From Histomonas meleagridis 2922-C6/04-290x (Eukaryota; Protista; Parabasalia), in NCBI GenBank assembly GCA_020184695.1, contig JAANOX010000080.1, forward strand, positions 124,001 to 188,000: a stretch of 64,000 nucleotides of DNA, in the 5' to 3' direction. Positions within the stretch are counted from its first letter, which is position 1, and every line of letters begins with the position of its first letter. A program made the position numbers and the translations under genes. Positions 33,353-44,956 of this stretch are shown here, one piece after another. Under the pieces are notes generated by a model. That model saw only the letters and a program-made list of their open reading frames with translations, did no database searches and was not told where the DNA came from.

Positions 33353-34636
33353 ATGAAGTACCCAAAACGCAAATCATTTGCTAAACATTTTTTCTTATTC
33401 TTATTAGCAGTGGCAACATTTGCGTTACCAACAATTGTTGTTTACGTAGAAAAATATTTTCAACCTCCTGAAACCCCTCAAGAATTTCAATCATCATCAT
33501 TTCTCTCAAATTTTATGGAAGATGACCCAATGATTTCAAAAATAGATGGAAGAAATTTCTCATTAAAATCATTTGAAATGCCCTTACCACTTATCAAAAG
33601 AAGTGCGTCTGAATCAGATATACAATGGGCCCAAAACTTTTTAAAATTACCTACCTGGTCTTCTGGTTATTGTAGCTGCAGTTCGGCTTGTTCTGAAGTC
33701 AGTTGTTTCGAACTTGTTCGAGCTGCACGAAAGATTGAAGATTGGACTCAAAAAGTTAAGAACAAAGAAACTATAGGTCAAATCTATGTCAACATTCTAA
33801 ATGGCACTCCATTTCCCGACAGATTAACCATGGTATATCATGGTCTGATAATTGCAATAACTACTAATCGAAAACTCCTTGTTAACAAAGAATTTTTACA
33901 ACCACTATCACTTCCAGAATCCATTGAGCAACCTGGCATCAATGAATCAGGGCAAGTGCTTCTCACTGATTATCATTTTGGATGTTGTGATATTTCCTCA
34001 CGATATCCAAACCTTCAAATCCAAAACGCCTCGTGGCCGCAGTCTTTATATACCCATCCCGACATAGCCCCCATTTTACGCGAACATTTCGGATATCATT
34101 CTGCGTATTTCATCGGGAACTTTTTATTCGGAACAACGGAAAAACCACAAAACGAATGTTTCCTAACCGGACACAAATCGATTGTTGAAGGTCGTTCCGT
34201 TTTAGACATGTTATCTCCGACTAAATTTTCAACATATGTTTCACGTTGTGGCATTGATCCATTAACTAGTGTTATACTTCATGACGTGAATAATGTTACA
34301 GACAAATTAGGATTTGACGAAGCGATTGTTATTAAAAAAGATCAAAAATCACAAGTTTGCGCATTGCGTAAGCTGACTTCCGCAAATCGAATCATTCACA
34401 CGTTCGGTTCGCGACTCGGATTTTGGGCAACTGCTCTTCAGGGAACTCGCGGAGGAGCAATGAACGCCGTGGACAAGATCTGCGTGAATATGTCGAATTC
34501 GCAGCAAGGAAGTCTGTGGCACACGAACTGCCCGCTAAAGTATAAGGATTTTGTGTATAGAACGAATAGTTATCTTTTGCTATGCGATAGAAATACTAAT
34601 GACATAAGATTGTACTTGGACTATTTACTTTGGTAA
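33353..34636 (+). CDS. Type II membrane protein, putative fucosyltransferase-like glycosyltransferase
   Basis: N-terminal basic tail plus TM (FFLFLLAVATFALPTIVVYV); DRLTMVYHGLIIAITTNRKLLV resembles the GT-B fucosyltransferase motif. Confidence 0.5.
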   Translation: MKYPKRKSFAKHFFLFLLAVATFALPTIVVYVEKYFQPPETPQEFQSSSFLSNFMEDDPMISKIDGRNFSLKSFEMPLPLIKRSASESDIQWAQNFLKLPTWSSGYCSCSSACSEVSCFELVRAARKIEDWTQKVKNKETIGQIYVNILNGTPFPDRLTMVYHGLIIAITTNRKLLVNKEFLQPLSLPESIEQPGINESGQVLLTDYHFGCCDISSRYPNLQIQNASWPQSLYTHPDIAPILREHFGYHSAYFIGNFLFGTTEKPQNECFLTGHKSIVEGRSVLDMLSPTKFSTYVSRCGIDPLTSVILHDVNNVTDKLGFDEAIVIKKDQKSQVCALRKLTSANRIIHTFGSRLGFWATALQGTRGGAMNAVDKICVNMSNSQQGSLWHTNCPLKYKDFVYRTNSYLLLCDRNTNDIRLYLDYLLW

Positions 34637-35202
34637 TTTTAATAAAATATATGTGCTAATATGAATTAATATATAGTATTCGAGAATGTTATTGGATTTG
34701 AGTTCACTGGATTTAGTAAGAATGTAAATGGAAGAGGATTTATAAAATAGATTATGCTTTTAAAAACATTTGTTTTGTTTGTGAAATAAAATAATATAAA
34801 TATAATAAAAATTTTAGCGCTGAATGTAAGAAATGAAGTAAATTTTGTCTTTTTCTAATGGAGAATTAAAACCTAACCAAGGTATTTACCAGAATTCTAT
34901 TTTTTTTTAAATATCTCCAAATATTGTTTTAGGTGCAGGAACCATTCTACTTTGACTTCTTGGGTATTCAGGATATGGGTCTGAATAACATGGACTTGGT
35001 ATATTACTTGGAAGGAGTTATGCTATGAGCATTTTGTAGAGAGATATTATGGTTGCAGATTACATTAAGGAAAATAAAATAAAATATTTTAATTATTTAA
35101 GAATATTAACATAATGTTTACTTATTCTATATCAAAAATGAAGTTATTGAGATGTGCCTTGCCAAAAAGAACAATCTAAGTCAAATCATTAATTAAGATA
35201 AA

Positions 35203-36304
35203 TTAATATTTTATATAAATGGTATTAATTCCTTCTTGCTCAAGAAGTAAATTAACTATTTCTGAGTAACCCTTACAAGATGCCCAAATGAGTGATGTTT
35301 TATATATTTTAAATAATTTCCAAATGTTGTAATAAAATATCAAATTATTAAATTAAATTATATCTTTAGCATTAATATCAATCCCTTCTTGTTCAAGAAG
35401 TAATTTAACTATTTCTGAGTAACCATAACAAGACGCAAAAATAAGTACCGTATTATATATTTTAAATAGTTTCCAAATATCATTTTAAAATTCTAAATTT
35501 TTAAGATAAATTTTAAATAAAACAAAAAAATATCTTTTGTATTGATATCAATCCCTTCTTGTTCAAGAAGTACTTTAACTATTTCTGTATGACCATAACA
35601 AGATGCACCCATAAGTGCTGTTTTATATATTTTAAATAGCTTTCAAATATAATTTTAAAATTCTAAGATATTAATATAAACTTTAACTAAAACAAAAAAA
35701 CATCTATGACATTGATATCAATTCCTTCTTGTTCAAGAAGTAGTTTAACTATTTTTGCATGTCCGTTTTCAGATGCATGAATAAGTGCTGTCATAAATAA
35801 TTCAAATAATTTCCAAATATTATTTTAAAATATAAAATTATTAAAATAAATTTCAAATAAAACAAATAAATATCTTTAGCATTAATATCAATTCCCTTTT
35901 TTTCAAGAAGTAATTTAACTATTTTTGTGTAACCATTTCTAGATGCTAAAATAAGTAATGTTTTAAATAATTTAAATAATTTCCAATTATTGTTTTGAAA
36001 TATCAAACTATTTAAATGAATTTTAAATATAACAAATTAATATTTTTTGTATTAATATCAATTCCTTCTTGATCAATAAGTAATTTTAATGTTTTTTTAT
36101 GATTAAAAATAGATGCACGCATGGGCGCTGTCCAAAATAATTTAAATAATTCCCAAATATTATTTTAAAATTCTAAATTATTATAATAAATTTCAAACAT
36201 AACAAATTAATATTTTTAGTATTAATATCAATTCCTTCTTGTTTAAGAAGTAATTTCACAATATTTGTATAACCATATTCAGAAGCAAACATAAGTGCTG
36301 TCCA
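35203..36304 (-). repeat. Locus F ankyrin cassette array: 7 cassettes
   Basis: The Thr-Ala motif recurs at 36297, 36127, 35957, 35787, 35617, 35447 (170-bp steps) and 35294. Spacers 57,74,74,74,74,74,57. Confidence 0.9.
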
Positions 36305-36337
36305 AAATTTTCTTAAAAATTTCCAAATATAAAATAT

Positions 36338-37558
36338 TTATGTAAAATAAATGGAATCAATTTCATTTTTAATATTGATATCATCAGTTACTTTTTGTTC
36401 GATGACGTATTTAACAAGTTCAATGTTTCCTGACTGTGCTGAGTCAACTAAAATATATTTTGGAAGTTGACAGAATTCATGAAAATATTTGATAAGAATT
36501 ATATTTCCTTCTCTTACTGCTTTATTTATAATATCATCATTTATTTTCATACCTTCTTGAAGCAAAAAAGAAAAAATTTCATAATTATCATGTGAAATAC
36601 ACACACATCCTAATTGTTCTAATGTTTTAATTTCTTCAATTTTGTTTTCATAAAGATAATAAAAGATATCATTTTGATGGAGTTCAATTGCTGTTTCATA
36701 TGCACCATTAAATGTTGAATGATTTTGTTCACATAAATGAATAATTTCTTCATTTCCACCTGCAACTGCATATTTACCTGTGTTATCTATTTTAGAACCA
36801 TTCATAAGTAAATATTTAAAACATTTAACTGATGAAAAAAATGCTGCATAATCAATTAATGTAACATTATAATTATTAGTAAGTGTGTATCTTTCATAAA
36901 GAATTGGTTCAATTGTTTGATTAAAATCAAAATCGCTTTTTGATGATATTTCTTGAAGTTTTTCTATTTCATCATTTCTAATTATCTTTGCTATTTCATC
37001 TGGATTAACTCCTTCTTTAATTAATTTTTTGTGAAGCTCAAAATTATTCTTCGAAAGTTCTTCAGTGTTCTCAAAGATACGGGTAAAGTCATCAATAATA
37101 TCAAATTTTTTTATATCGTCTTTTTTCATATAATGGACAAAATATGGATCGTCATTTTGAATAGTTTTTGAATTTAACAAATTATGTTCAATCATATCAT
37201 TGATTATATAGTCTGCTTCTTTTGATGAAAGCGAAGAAATATATTTAATAAAAATTTTAATGATTTGTGATGAACTTTCACGTGTTTTTTCTTCTTTTGA
37301 TTGAATTAATAGTAAATATTCTATATAAATATCAAATTTATTCCTTTGAGAAAAAAATGCTGAATAAATGATATGACAAATTATAAAGTTTAACAAACAT
37401 GGTTGAAATGATTCAAATATTTGAGTTGTTTGCTGAACAGATAAATTAAGATTTTCTTCTTTCAAATGAAAAACAATTTGCTGGAAAGAACTTAATAATT
37501 TTAAATATGAAAAATATTTGGTGGATATAGATTCATTGTTGAAACTGCAATCATTCAT
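36338..37558 (-). CDS. Locus F DUF3447-ankyrin core ORF
   Basis: Family motifs; the ORF ends inside the first 57-nt spacer. Confidence 0.85.
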   Translation of the reverse strand: MNDCSFNNESISTKYFSYLKLLSSFQQIVFHLKEENLNLSVQQTTQIFESFQPCLLNFIICHIIYSAFFSQRNKFDIYIEYLLLIQSKEEKTRESSSQIIKIFIKYISSLSSKEADYIINDMIEHNLLNSKTIQNDDPYFVHYMKKDDIKKFDIIDDFTRIFENTEELSKNNFELHKKLIKEGVNPDEIAKIIRNDEIEKLQEISSKSDFDFNQTIEPILYERYTLTNNYNVTLIDYAAFFSSVKCFKYLLMNGSKIDNTGKYAVAGGNEEIIHLCEQNHSTFNGAYETAIELHQNDIFYYLYENKIEEIKTLEQLGCVCISHDNYEIFSFLLQEGMKINDDIINKAVREGNIILIKYFHEFCQLPKYILVDSAQSGNIELVKYVIEQKVTDDINIKNEIDSIYFT

Positions 37559-38399
37559 TTTGTTTGGTTTGTGAACTGAATATTCAAAAAGTCATTAGTG
37601 AACGGTTTATTATTAGAAAAACAACTTTTGAATATATGGACGTTAATATATCTACAAATTTGGGATTATAATCATTTTTAATCGCTCAAATAAGTTATGT
37701 TTTTAACAAACTAATTAACCTTAATAAAGAAACATTATAAACAAAAACACATGCTAATAGAATTTGATTTCATTTTATAACAATAATTTTATTTAAATCA
37801 TATTGAACAACTTAGAAACACATGAACAAGAAAGAAAATATTATATGCTTGTTTCTAGTACAAAATGATAAAAATTATCGAAATGGTTTGAAAGTTTACT
37901 CTGAATGCAAATTGATTTTTGTATCTTATGAACATTTTTGCAGTATACTGCTACTAAACTACCACATCCTCTTAACCTTTTTGACAATAAGTGCACCAAA
38001 TATTTGATTTGTTACCATATCAATTCAGGTGTACATTATGAACAATGGATGAACATAAATCATCACATTGGTGGACATTCCTCTTCATAGATAATTTGGA
38101 CAAATAAACTACACAAATTTTTAATGGGGCTAAAATAGCACATTGTATATTCTGCACGTGCAGAATCACTGATTCAACAAATTTTCACGCTTGAGTATTC
38201 TTTCCATGCAGTGATTTGTGAGATAAAGTGGTTGCACAAATTTCGGGTGGGTTGAATAAGCACGTTTTATCACGAATGTTTCTATAGTTTACATATATTA
38301 ATATTGAAAATTCAAACAAAAAACAACGGTTATCCGATAAATTTTCAATGTCGGAATCTTTGTTTAATATTTATCGTAAAGTTTAATTCACTTTATTTA

Positions 38400-39348
38400 A
38401 TGCAAGAAATTCCAAAAGTTGGCTTCGGAACATGGAGTGTACCAGAATCAGAAGTTGTCGAAAATGCTGTCAAAGAAGCTATCAAGGCAGGTTATCGCCA
38501 TATCGATTGTGCATTTTCTTATCAAAACGAAGCATCAGTCGGTCGTGCTATCAAAGAAATGATTGACACAGGAGTTGTTAAACGTGAAGAACTTTGGATC
38601 ACATCTAAGTTATGGTCAACACATCATGATCCAGCACATGTTGAAGAAAGTATCCGCAAATCACTTAAAGATCTTCAGCTCGAATACCTTGACTTATTCC
38701 TTGTTCACCAACCACTTAGCTTTGAATACAGCCCAGATGATTTATTCCCCAAAGACGAATCAGGAAAGATCAAAATTGTCGACATTCCAATGGTTGACAC
38801 ATGGAAGGCAATGGAACAATTAGTCGAAAAAGGATTAACACATCATATCGGAATGTGCAATGTCTCAATTGAGCTTATCGAAAAGATCCGATTCACACCA
38901 GGAATCAAGATCCAGCCATATGCAATCCAATGCGAATGCCATCCATACCTTCAAAATGATGCACTCATTGAATATCTCGAAAAAAACGCGGAATCCATTT
39001 CACATGCTATTCGCCACTTGGCTCACCAGGAAACGTGAAGCAAGGCGTGTTCCAAGACGACAAGCAAAAAGCCTAAAAATTTTACTCGAAGATCCAGTCG
39101 TCAACGAAATCGCTAAAGAGCTCGGAAGGACGCCAGCACAAGTCATACTGAAGTTCTTGACACAGCTCTCCCCAATGGTATCCGTGGTGCCAAAGAGCAT
39201 GACGCCATCAAGAATCCGCGAAAACTTCCAACTCGACTTCGAATTGTCGAAGGAACAATTCCAAAAGATGAAGAACTTAAACTGCTACGGAAGAATATTC
39301 TGGTTCCAGAAAATGTTCGGAACTGAATTCTATGGTGATGGATACTAA
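38400..39348 (+). CDS. Aldo-keto reductase with two apparent single-base frameshifts (near 38985 and 39070)
   Basis: GFGTW, HIDCAFSYQNE, LWITSKLW in frame 1; RGIHFTCYSPLGS in a third frame; LLEDPVVNEIAKELGRTPAQV...VVPKS in another. Both shifts lie at poly-A runs. Confidence 0.85.
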
Positions 39349-39675
39349 ACAATAAGTTAAATGATTTTGTTTTAATGTGTAACAGATATTTGGTATTTTG
39401 TCTTTGAAATTTTTGAAGTTATTTAGCACTCCTTAAATGAATAAATGTTCCCCGATTGCTTTTTTATTTTTTTGCTCCATTTGAATATTAATTTCTTTCG
39501 TCATAATGAATTGATTGATTGATACAAATTCTTTTGTTTTTGAAAATTTGGTTGAGGTTTAATTAAAGAAATACTCTTAAGGACGTGTTTCAATTTTTTA
39601 TAGAAATTTCAAGAAAATTCTTATTGCAGAATTGAAATTTAAAATTCCTAAAAATACGTTAATAGGACCAACGGA

Positions 39676-41511
39676 ATGTACACACATAAAGACGAATTAC
39701 TATATGATCCATTACCACAACCATACAGATACATCAATAAAATTATTCTTCGTTGTATTGAAGATGCAGTGGATCTTGTTGAAAATGGTGGAATAACAGA
39801 AACATTTAATTCATTTATAAATCACAATCTTAAATTAACCAAAGTTGGCAACATACCAGCCAAAGATTATAACAATTATTTTCTTTCAACATCCATAACA
39901 AATCAAGAAATCACGATATATCGATTCCTCGGAAATACAAATTATCTTGTTGTTTCTACAGCTCAAGGTATAATTTACATTTATGATTTTATAAATAATG
40001 TTGTTTCTTTCACTTTAAACATTTCTACTCTATCCAAAACATCTCAACCAAAACCTATTTGCAAGCTTCATTGTTTTGAAACAGATTTTAGTAATTATGT
40101 CATTGCTTTTACTACCGAAGAATCTGGTTTTATTCTATTTATTTCAGACATTTTTCAATTAAAAGCATCAATAGAACTTGACTTATCCTTATTTATTATT
40201 GATTCTATTGTTATTTCTTCCACTCCACAACATTTTCTTTCCATTACAGATGGTACTGGTCGAACTCAAATTTATAATTGTCATGTTCCATATGAACATA
40301 CACATTCTGAATCATCAACATTTAAGTCCCAACCATGCAAATCCATTCAGCTCGAGCCAATTTTCGATCTTGAAAAATGTCCAATTTCAAATGGACCCGT
40401 TTCATCCACATCACAAATCACTACAACAAAAGTTGTTGAAGTTGACCCACGAAAACGCCCAATAAAAAGAAGATTAACACCTCTTTCTAAAGGCAAGAGT
40501 CGACTGAGGCCATCATCTACATTGCAGAGCATAGAGACAGCACCGATTGAGTTAAATTATCATTCCTTTGTACATGTTTTTGAGAAAAGTAATGTTGTTC
40601 TTATACGTTTTGGAAGTCTTCCAATTCTTTTAATGTATTCTTTAGGTAGTAATTCTAAATTATTATGTGAATTTCCTTTGCCTTCACCAGTATCATGTGC
40701 ACTTGAAATAGATTTGGATAATGTAATTGTTTTAGGCTTTGAAAATGGATCATTTTGTTTCTTAAATGTTTCAAGAAAAGCACTTTATGATCATCAATTT
40801 CCTAAACAAGGACCAATTATTTCATTTCATTATGAAAACAATTTTTTGATGACTTTTACATCAAATAAAATATTAACTATTTATGAAATCGAAAATTTTA
40901 AAATATCAAAACAAATATTAGAATGTATTGATGATGATATTATTAAAGCTAATTTAACAATGGATACGATTTTAACATATAATCAAAAAACAACAGATGT
41001 TAATTTAATTCAAGCTTTAACACATACATTAAATTGGAATGAAAGAGAATTCCATTTGTTTCCGAATTTATCTTTTTTTGATCCTTATAAAAGAATTTAT
41101 TTGGGTACAATCGCTTTGCCTATTAATTTGAAATTAATTAATTTCATTTGGAATGAAAATTATATAATTTTCGTTTTTGATGATCCTGTTGAATATAGAA
41201 CAAATATTACTGTTGTATCACCTCCTTCTTCTCGTTCTAAAAGGACACAAGTAAAATCTGGGAAAACAACTCAAACAAAAAGAAGAGCTGCTTCAAGAAT
41301 TAAAAAAGAAGAAGAAGTCGAACAAGAACCTTTAACAGTTGTATTAAAAAGACATATAATTGCTATTATAGATATAAAAAGTGAAAATGAAAACTTTAGA
41401 AAGTTATATACTTTGGCTGAAAATGAAAAACAAAGAAGAAGAGAAATATTAAGGTCTTTATCTTCTCGTTCAAAGAAATCTCAAAATGAAGAAAAGACTA
41501 TAAAAGAATAA
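39676..41511 (+). CDS. WDR93-like WD40 protein
   Basis: N-terminal DPLPQPYRYINKII resembles the WDR93 family motif, followed by a beta-propeller-like sequence. Confidence 0.55.
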   Translation: MYTHKDELLYDPLPQPYRYINKIILRCIEDAVDLVENGGITETFNSFINHNLKLTKVGNIPAKDYNNYFLSTSITNQEITIYRFLGNTNYLVVSTAQGIIYIYDFINNVVSFTLNISTLSKTSQPKPICKLHCFETDFSNYVIAFTTEESGFILFISDIFQLKASIELDLSLFIIDSIVISSTPQHFLSITDGTGRTQIYNCHVPYEHTHSESSTFKSQPCKSIQLEPIFDLEKCPISNGPVSSTSQITTTKVVEVDPRKRPIKRRLTPLSKGKSRLRPSSTLQSIETAPIELNYHSFVHVFEKSNVVLIRFGSLPILLMYSLGSNSKLLCEFPLPSPVSCALEIDLDNVIVLGFENGSFCFLNVSRKALYDHQFPKQGPIISFHYENNFLMTFTSNKILTIYEIENFKISKQILECIDDDIIKANLTMDTILTYNQKTTDVNLIQALTHTLNWNEREFHLFPNLSFFDPYKRIYLGTIALPINLKLINFIWNENYIIFVFDDPVEYRTNITVVSPPSSRSKRTQVKSGKTTQTKRRAASRIKKEEEVEQEPLTVVLKRHIIAIIDIKSENENFRKLYTLAENEKQRRREILRSLSSRSKKSQNEEKTIKE

Positions 41512-41611
41512 ATTTGTTTAATAAATAAAAAAAGTATACTATCGTTTTCCTCTGAAAAATTTATATCGGCACGTAACGGTTAAAATATTCTGGCATTTTT
41601 TTTTTCTCGAA

Positions 41612-43588
41612 ATGAAGAAACAAAACAAAACGAATAATTCGACTGTAATCGGAATTGATTTAGGTAACACTAGTTGCTGTGTTTCTGCTTACCAAAATGG
41701 AAAAATAGAAGTTATCCCAAATGAAATGGGTGAAATTATAACACCATCTGTTGTAGCCTTCACTAAGTCCGAAATTTTAATTGGCAAAAATGCAATTAAT
41801 CAAGCTGGTATAAATCCAGAAAATACTATATTTGATACCAAACGAATGCTTGGAGTTGATTATAAAAGCGTTGAAAATGATGTCAAAAACTTACCATTTA
41901 GTGTTACTTGTGGCACACAAATGCATCCTGTAATAAAAGTAACGCATAGAAATGAAAACAAAGAATATTATCCTGAAGAAATTTCATCCATTTTACTTCA
42001 ATACCTTAAAAAAAATGCAGAATCATATTTACAAACCAAAGTCACCGAAGCTGTTATATCAGTTCCATCGTATTTTGATGATAATCAACGTCAAGCCACA
42101 CATGATTCAGCAATTATTGCCGGATTCAAAGACATTCACTTCATCAATGAACCAACAGCAGCTGCCATAGCATATTGCACAAGGAATCCCATTGATTCCC
42201 ATCGATATTTTTTAGTATATAATTTGGGTGGAGGAACGTTTGATGTTTCATTATTATCTGTATATGGCCATACATATGAAATCTTAGCTTCTGAAGGAGA
42301 TACACATTTAGGCGGCCGAGATATTGACACCAAATTATTTAATCATTTCGCCGATATCTTTCAAGATAAATATCATTGTGATTTACGTCAATCATCACGT
42401 GCTAAACATCGATTACTTCAAGCGTGCGAAAACATTAAAAGGAATTTATCCACTGCCAAATCATTTTCCATACAATTAGACTCATTATATGAAGACAATG
42501 ACTTCAACATTCAGATGACACGAAAAGAGTTCAATCAAATTAATGAACCGATATTTAATTCCACATTAGAACATGTTAAATCGATATTAAACAAATCGAA
42601 CAAAACTCCGGAAGATATAAATGATATTTTATTAGTTGGCGGATGTACACGTATTAAATATATCCGGAAAATGTTGATGCAATACTTCAAAGGGAAACAA
42701 CCAACGAAAAGTATTAATCATGAAGAGATTATATCGATTGGTTCATCGATTCAAGCGTCAATATTAAGTCAAGGAACGATTTATAATAACATTAACATCT
42801 TAGAAATATTATCATTAAGTATTGGAATTAAATTATCGAATGGAGAAATGTCAGTGATTATACCACATGGGAAATCATTACCAACAGAAGGTTATAAAGA
42901 TTTCATATTAGAAGAGAATCAAACTTCGGCATTAATCGAAATATTTGAAGGCGAACGAATTCTTGCAAATGATAATAAACAAATTGGAGAATTAGAATTA
43001 AAGAATTTGAAACCAGGATCAAACATAAGAATTAAAATTAAGATTAATGAAGATGGAATATTAAATGTAATTGCAATTAATAATAATAATTCAAAGAGAA
43101 TCGTCATAACAAAAAATAATATTAATAATTTATCAAATGATGAATTAAGAAAAATTATTGGAAATACAAAAGAATATAGGAAAAAGGATAAAGAATTAGT
43201 AAAGAAATTAAATGAAATAGAAAAAGCAGAAAAAAATTGTAAAAATTTAATGAAAAAAGATGATAAAGATGCTGTAAACCATTTAATCGCACAAGAAGCA
43301 AAAGAATTATTGGAATGGTTAAAGAAAATAAATGACGACGATGAAGTTACTGCTGATGATGTTATAAATAAAGTTAATGAGCTAAATAAGAAAATCAAAT
43401 ATATAAATAACCCAATCATAAATGAAAATGAACGTAAAAATGTACTTCCAAGTGCTAAGAAAGAAAAGAAAATTAATGTGGTAACACAAACAGAATTACA
43501 TGGAATGAAGGGATTTGAATTGGACAACAAAAAGTTAATAATTATTGGAATTGTAATATTTTTGTTACTTTTGATTATTATAGTATAA
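41612..43588 (+). CDS. Divergent Hsp70/DnaK-family protein with C-terminal membrane anchor
   Basis: GIDLGNT, TPSVVAFT, INEPTAAAIAY, NLGGGTFDVS, GDTHLGGRDID, LLVGGCTRI; C-terminal LIIIGIVIFLLLLIIIV. Confidence 0.9.
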   Translation: MKKQNKTNNSTVIGIDLGNTSCCVSAYQNGKIEVIPNEMGEIITPSVVAFTKSEILIGKNAINQAGINPENTIFDTKRMLGVDYKSVENDVKNLPFSVTCGTQMHPVIKVTHRNENKEYYPEEISSILLQYLKKNAESYLQTKVTEAVISVPSYFDDNQRQATHDSAIIAGFKDIHFINEPTAAAIAYCTRNPIDSHRYFLVYNLGGGTFDVSLLSVYGHTYEILASEGDTHLGGRDIDTKLFNHFADIFQDKYHCDLRQSSRAKHRLLQACENIKRNLSTAKSFSIQLDSLYEDNDFNIQMTRKEFNQINEPIFNSTLEHVKSILNKSNKTPEDINDILLVGGCTRIKYIRKMLMQYFKGKQPTKSINHEEIISIGSSIQASILSQGTIYNNINILEILSLSIGIKLSNGEMSVIIPHGKSLPTEGYKDFILEENQTSALIEIFEGERILANDNKQIGELELKNLKPGSNIRIKIKINEDGILNVIAINNNNSKRIVITKNNINNLSNDELRKIIGNTKEYRKKDKELVKKLNEIEKAEKNCKNLMKKDDKDAVNHLIAQEAKELLEWLKKINDDDEVTADDVINKVNELNKKIKYINNPIINENERKNVLPSAKKEKKINVVTQTELHGMKGFELDNKKLIIIGIVIFLLLLIIIV

Positions 43589-43922
43589 AATAAATAAACA
43601 AACAAATAATTTTTGATTTTAACATTTGTCAGAGTATAAATCAAGTTGAACTAATGTAGTGAAGGCAAAAGAGTTATTTTTCGCGATTTGGGAGCAAAAA
43701 GTTTTGTTGTTGCACCAATGATAAACCGTTAAAGTAAACATAAACTTAAGATAAACTATAGAAATAAAAATTATCTCGAAAAGAGTAATGATCGATTTGA
43801 TAAGGCACTATCAAAATTTCAGATATTGCTTTTATATGTTCGGCCAATAAAAGTTTCAAAAAGTTTTTTACGGTGTATTCAAAAGATTCAATGAAAAACA
43901 TCTGATTAAAATTAAAATCTGT

Positions 43923-44477
43923 ATGAGCAAAAAGAAAGATCTCGCAAAATGGCCACCGAAATTAGAATCACGTTTAACTGACTTCGAGATGGATTATCTT
44001 GTTTTGGAATGTTATGCTGTTAGGCGTCCATTATTTGTTCCATCTACAATTGACGTGATTGGACAAGTTCTTTCACATTCTGCTTTGATAGCAGTAACCG
44101 CACAGGGTAGCTTCATTATAGAATACATGTTTGATTCTATGGTTCATGTACGAAGATGTGATACATATGAAAAATCAAAAGATTTCGAATTTGAAGGAAT
44201 TGCATATGTTCACGATGATCCAAATCCACAATACCCATCAAGGCCTGTTACAATCAAAAGGCTTGCTGCATCTATGGCGAACTTTATGGCTGGGAAAAAA
44301 TTTGATACATTTTCACATAACTGTCATATGGCGCGTTATTTGACCATGAAAAAATACGGAATGGAGTCAATCAATCCATGGAAAAATGATCGGAATATAT
44401 TTTTCCAGGGAGTTGTTGACTTTTTCAAGCCGCATCGCCCTCCAAAAATTGAACATAATAATGAAACAGCAAAATAG
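43923..44477 (+). CDS. Putative permuted papain-like (PPPDE/LRAT-type) protein
   Basis: Early His motif (LSHSALIAV) and late FDTFSHNCHMA (NC motif). Confidence 0.45.
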   Translation: MSKKKDLAKWPPKLESRLTDFEMDYLVLECYAVRRPLFVPSTIDVIGQVLSHSALIAVTAQGSFIIEYMFDSMVHVRRCDTYEKSKDFEFEGIAYVHDDPNPQYPSRPVTIKRLAASMANFMAGKKFDTFSHNCHMARYLTMKKYGMESINPWKNDRNIFFQGVVDFFKPHRPPKIEHNNETAK

Positions 44478-44956
44478 AAAAATCGGAAATAAAAAATCTA
44501 TCAGATAGTAACAGTACTTCGTTTTTTATAAAAGTTTTATTTTTTAACTGAAATATTTTATACCAATGAGTGCATTTTTATGGAGTATTGTGTCCAATCT
44601 TTCATCATTACATGAAAATCATGCCAAAGAACTTGTTATACAAATATCAATATATATCACATAAATTGTGTAAACAAATACAGAAGAATTCAACACTCTA
44701 TCTTACCAATGATAATTTAACTATATTACCATATATTCTATAATATGTTGGATTTTCTTGTATTATGAAAGACTATTACACGTAATAAATATTGTTATAC
44801 ATTCTATAATAATAAAAGAACTAAAGTGGTCAATTGCAATTGTTATAACAAGAAAAAGAACTTTTATAATTAAAGTTGATTCATAAAAAATCTATACACA
44901 CATAGCTTTTCAAGCATTATTACATACAAAAATGTCTTATAATCATATTTACACAA

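Noticed and set aside
34890-35200. Possible further C-terminal segment downstream of locus F (LLPSNIPSPCYSDPYPEYPRSQSRMVPAPKTIFGDI)
   Set aside because: Short, bounded by stops, not linked to the last cassette by a recognisable spacer, and no domain recognised.
35302-35358. A 17-nt subunit model suggested by lengths 40, 57, 74
   Set aside because: It does not explain the 94-nt spacer or the internal periodicity; conserved triplets recur every 20 nt, and the 14+6 model fits 40, 54, 57, 60, 74 and 94.
42919-43644. 241-aa antisense ORF opposite the Hsp70 3' half
   Set aside because: F/L/I/S-rich mirror of an A-rich coding strand with no recognisable motif; the other short overlapping ORFs in the track were dismissed for the same reason.
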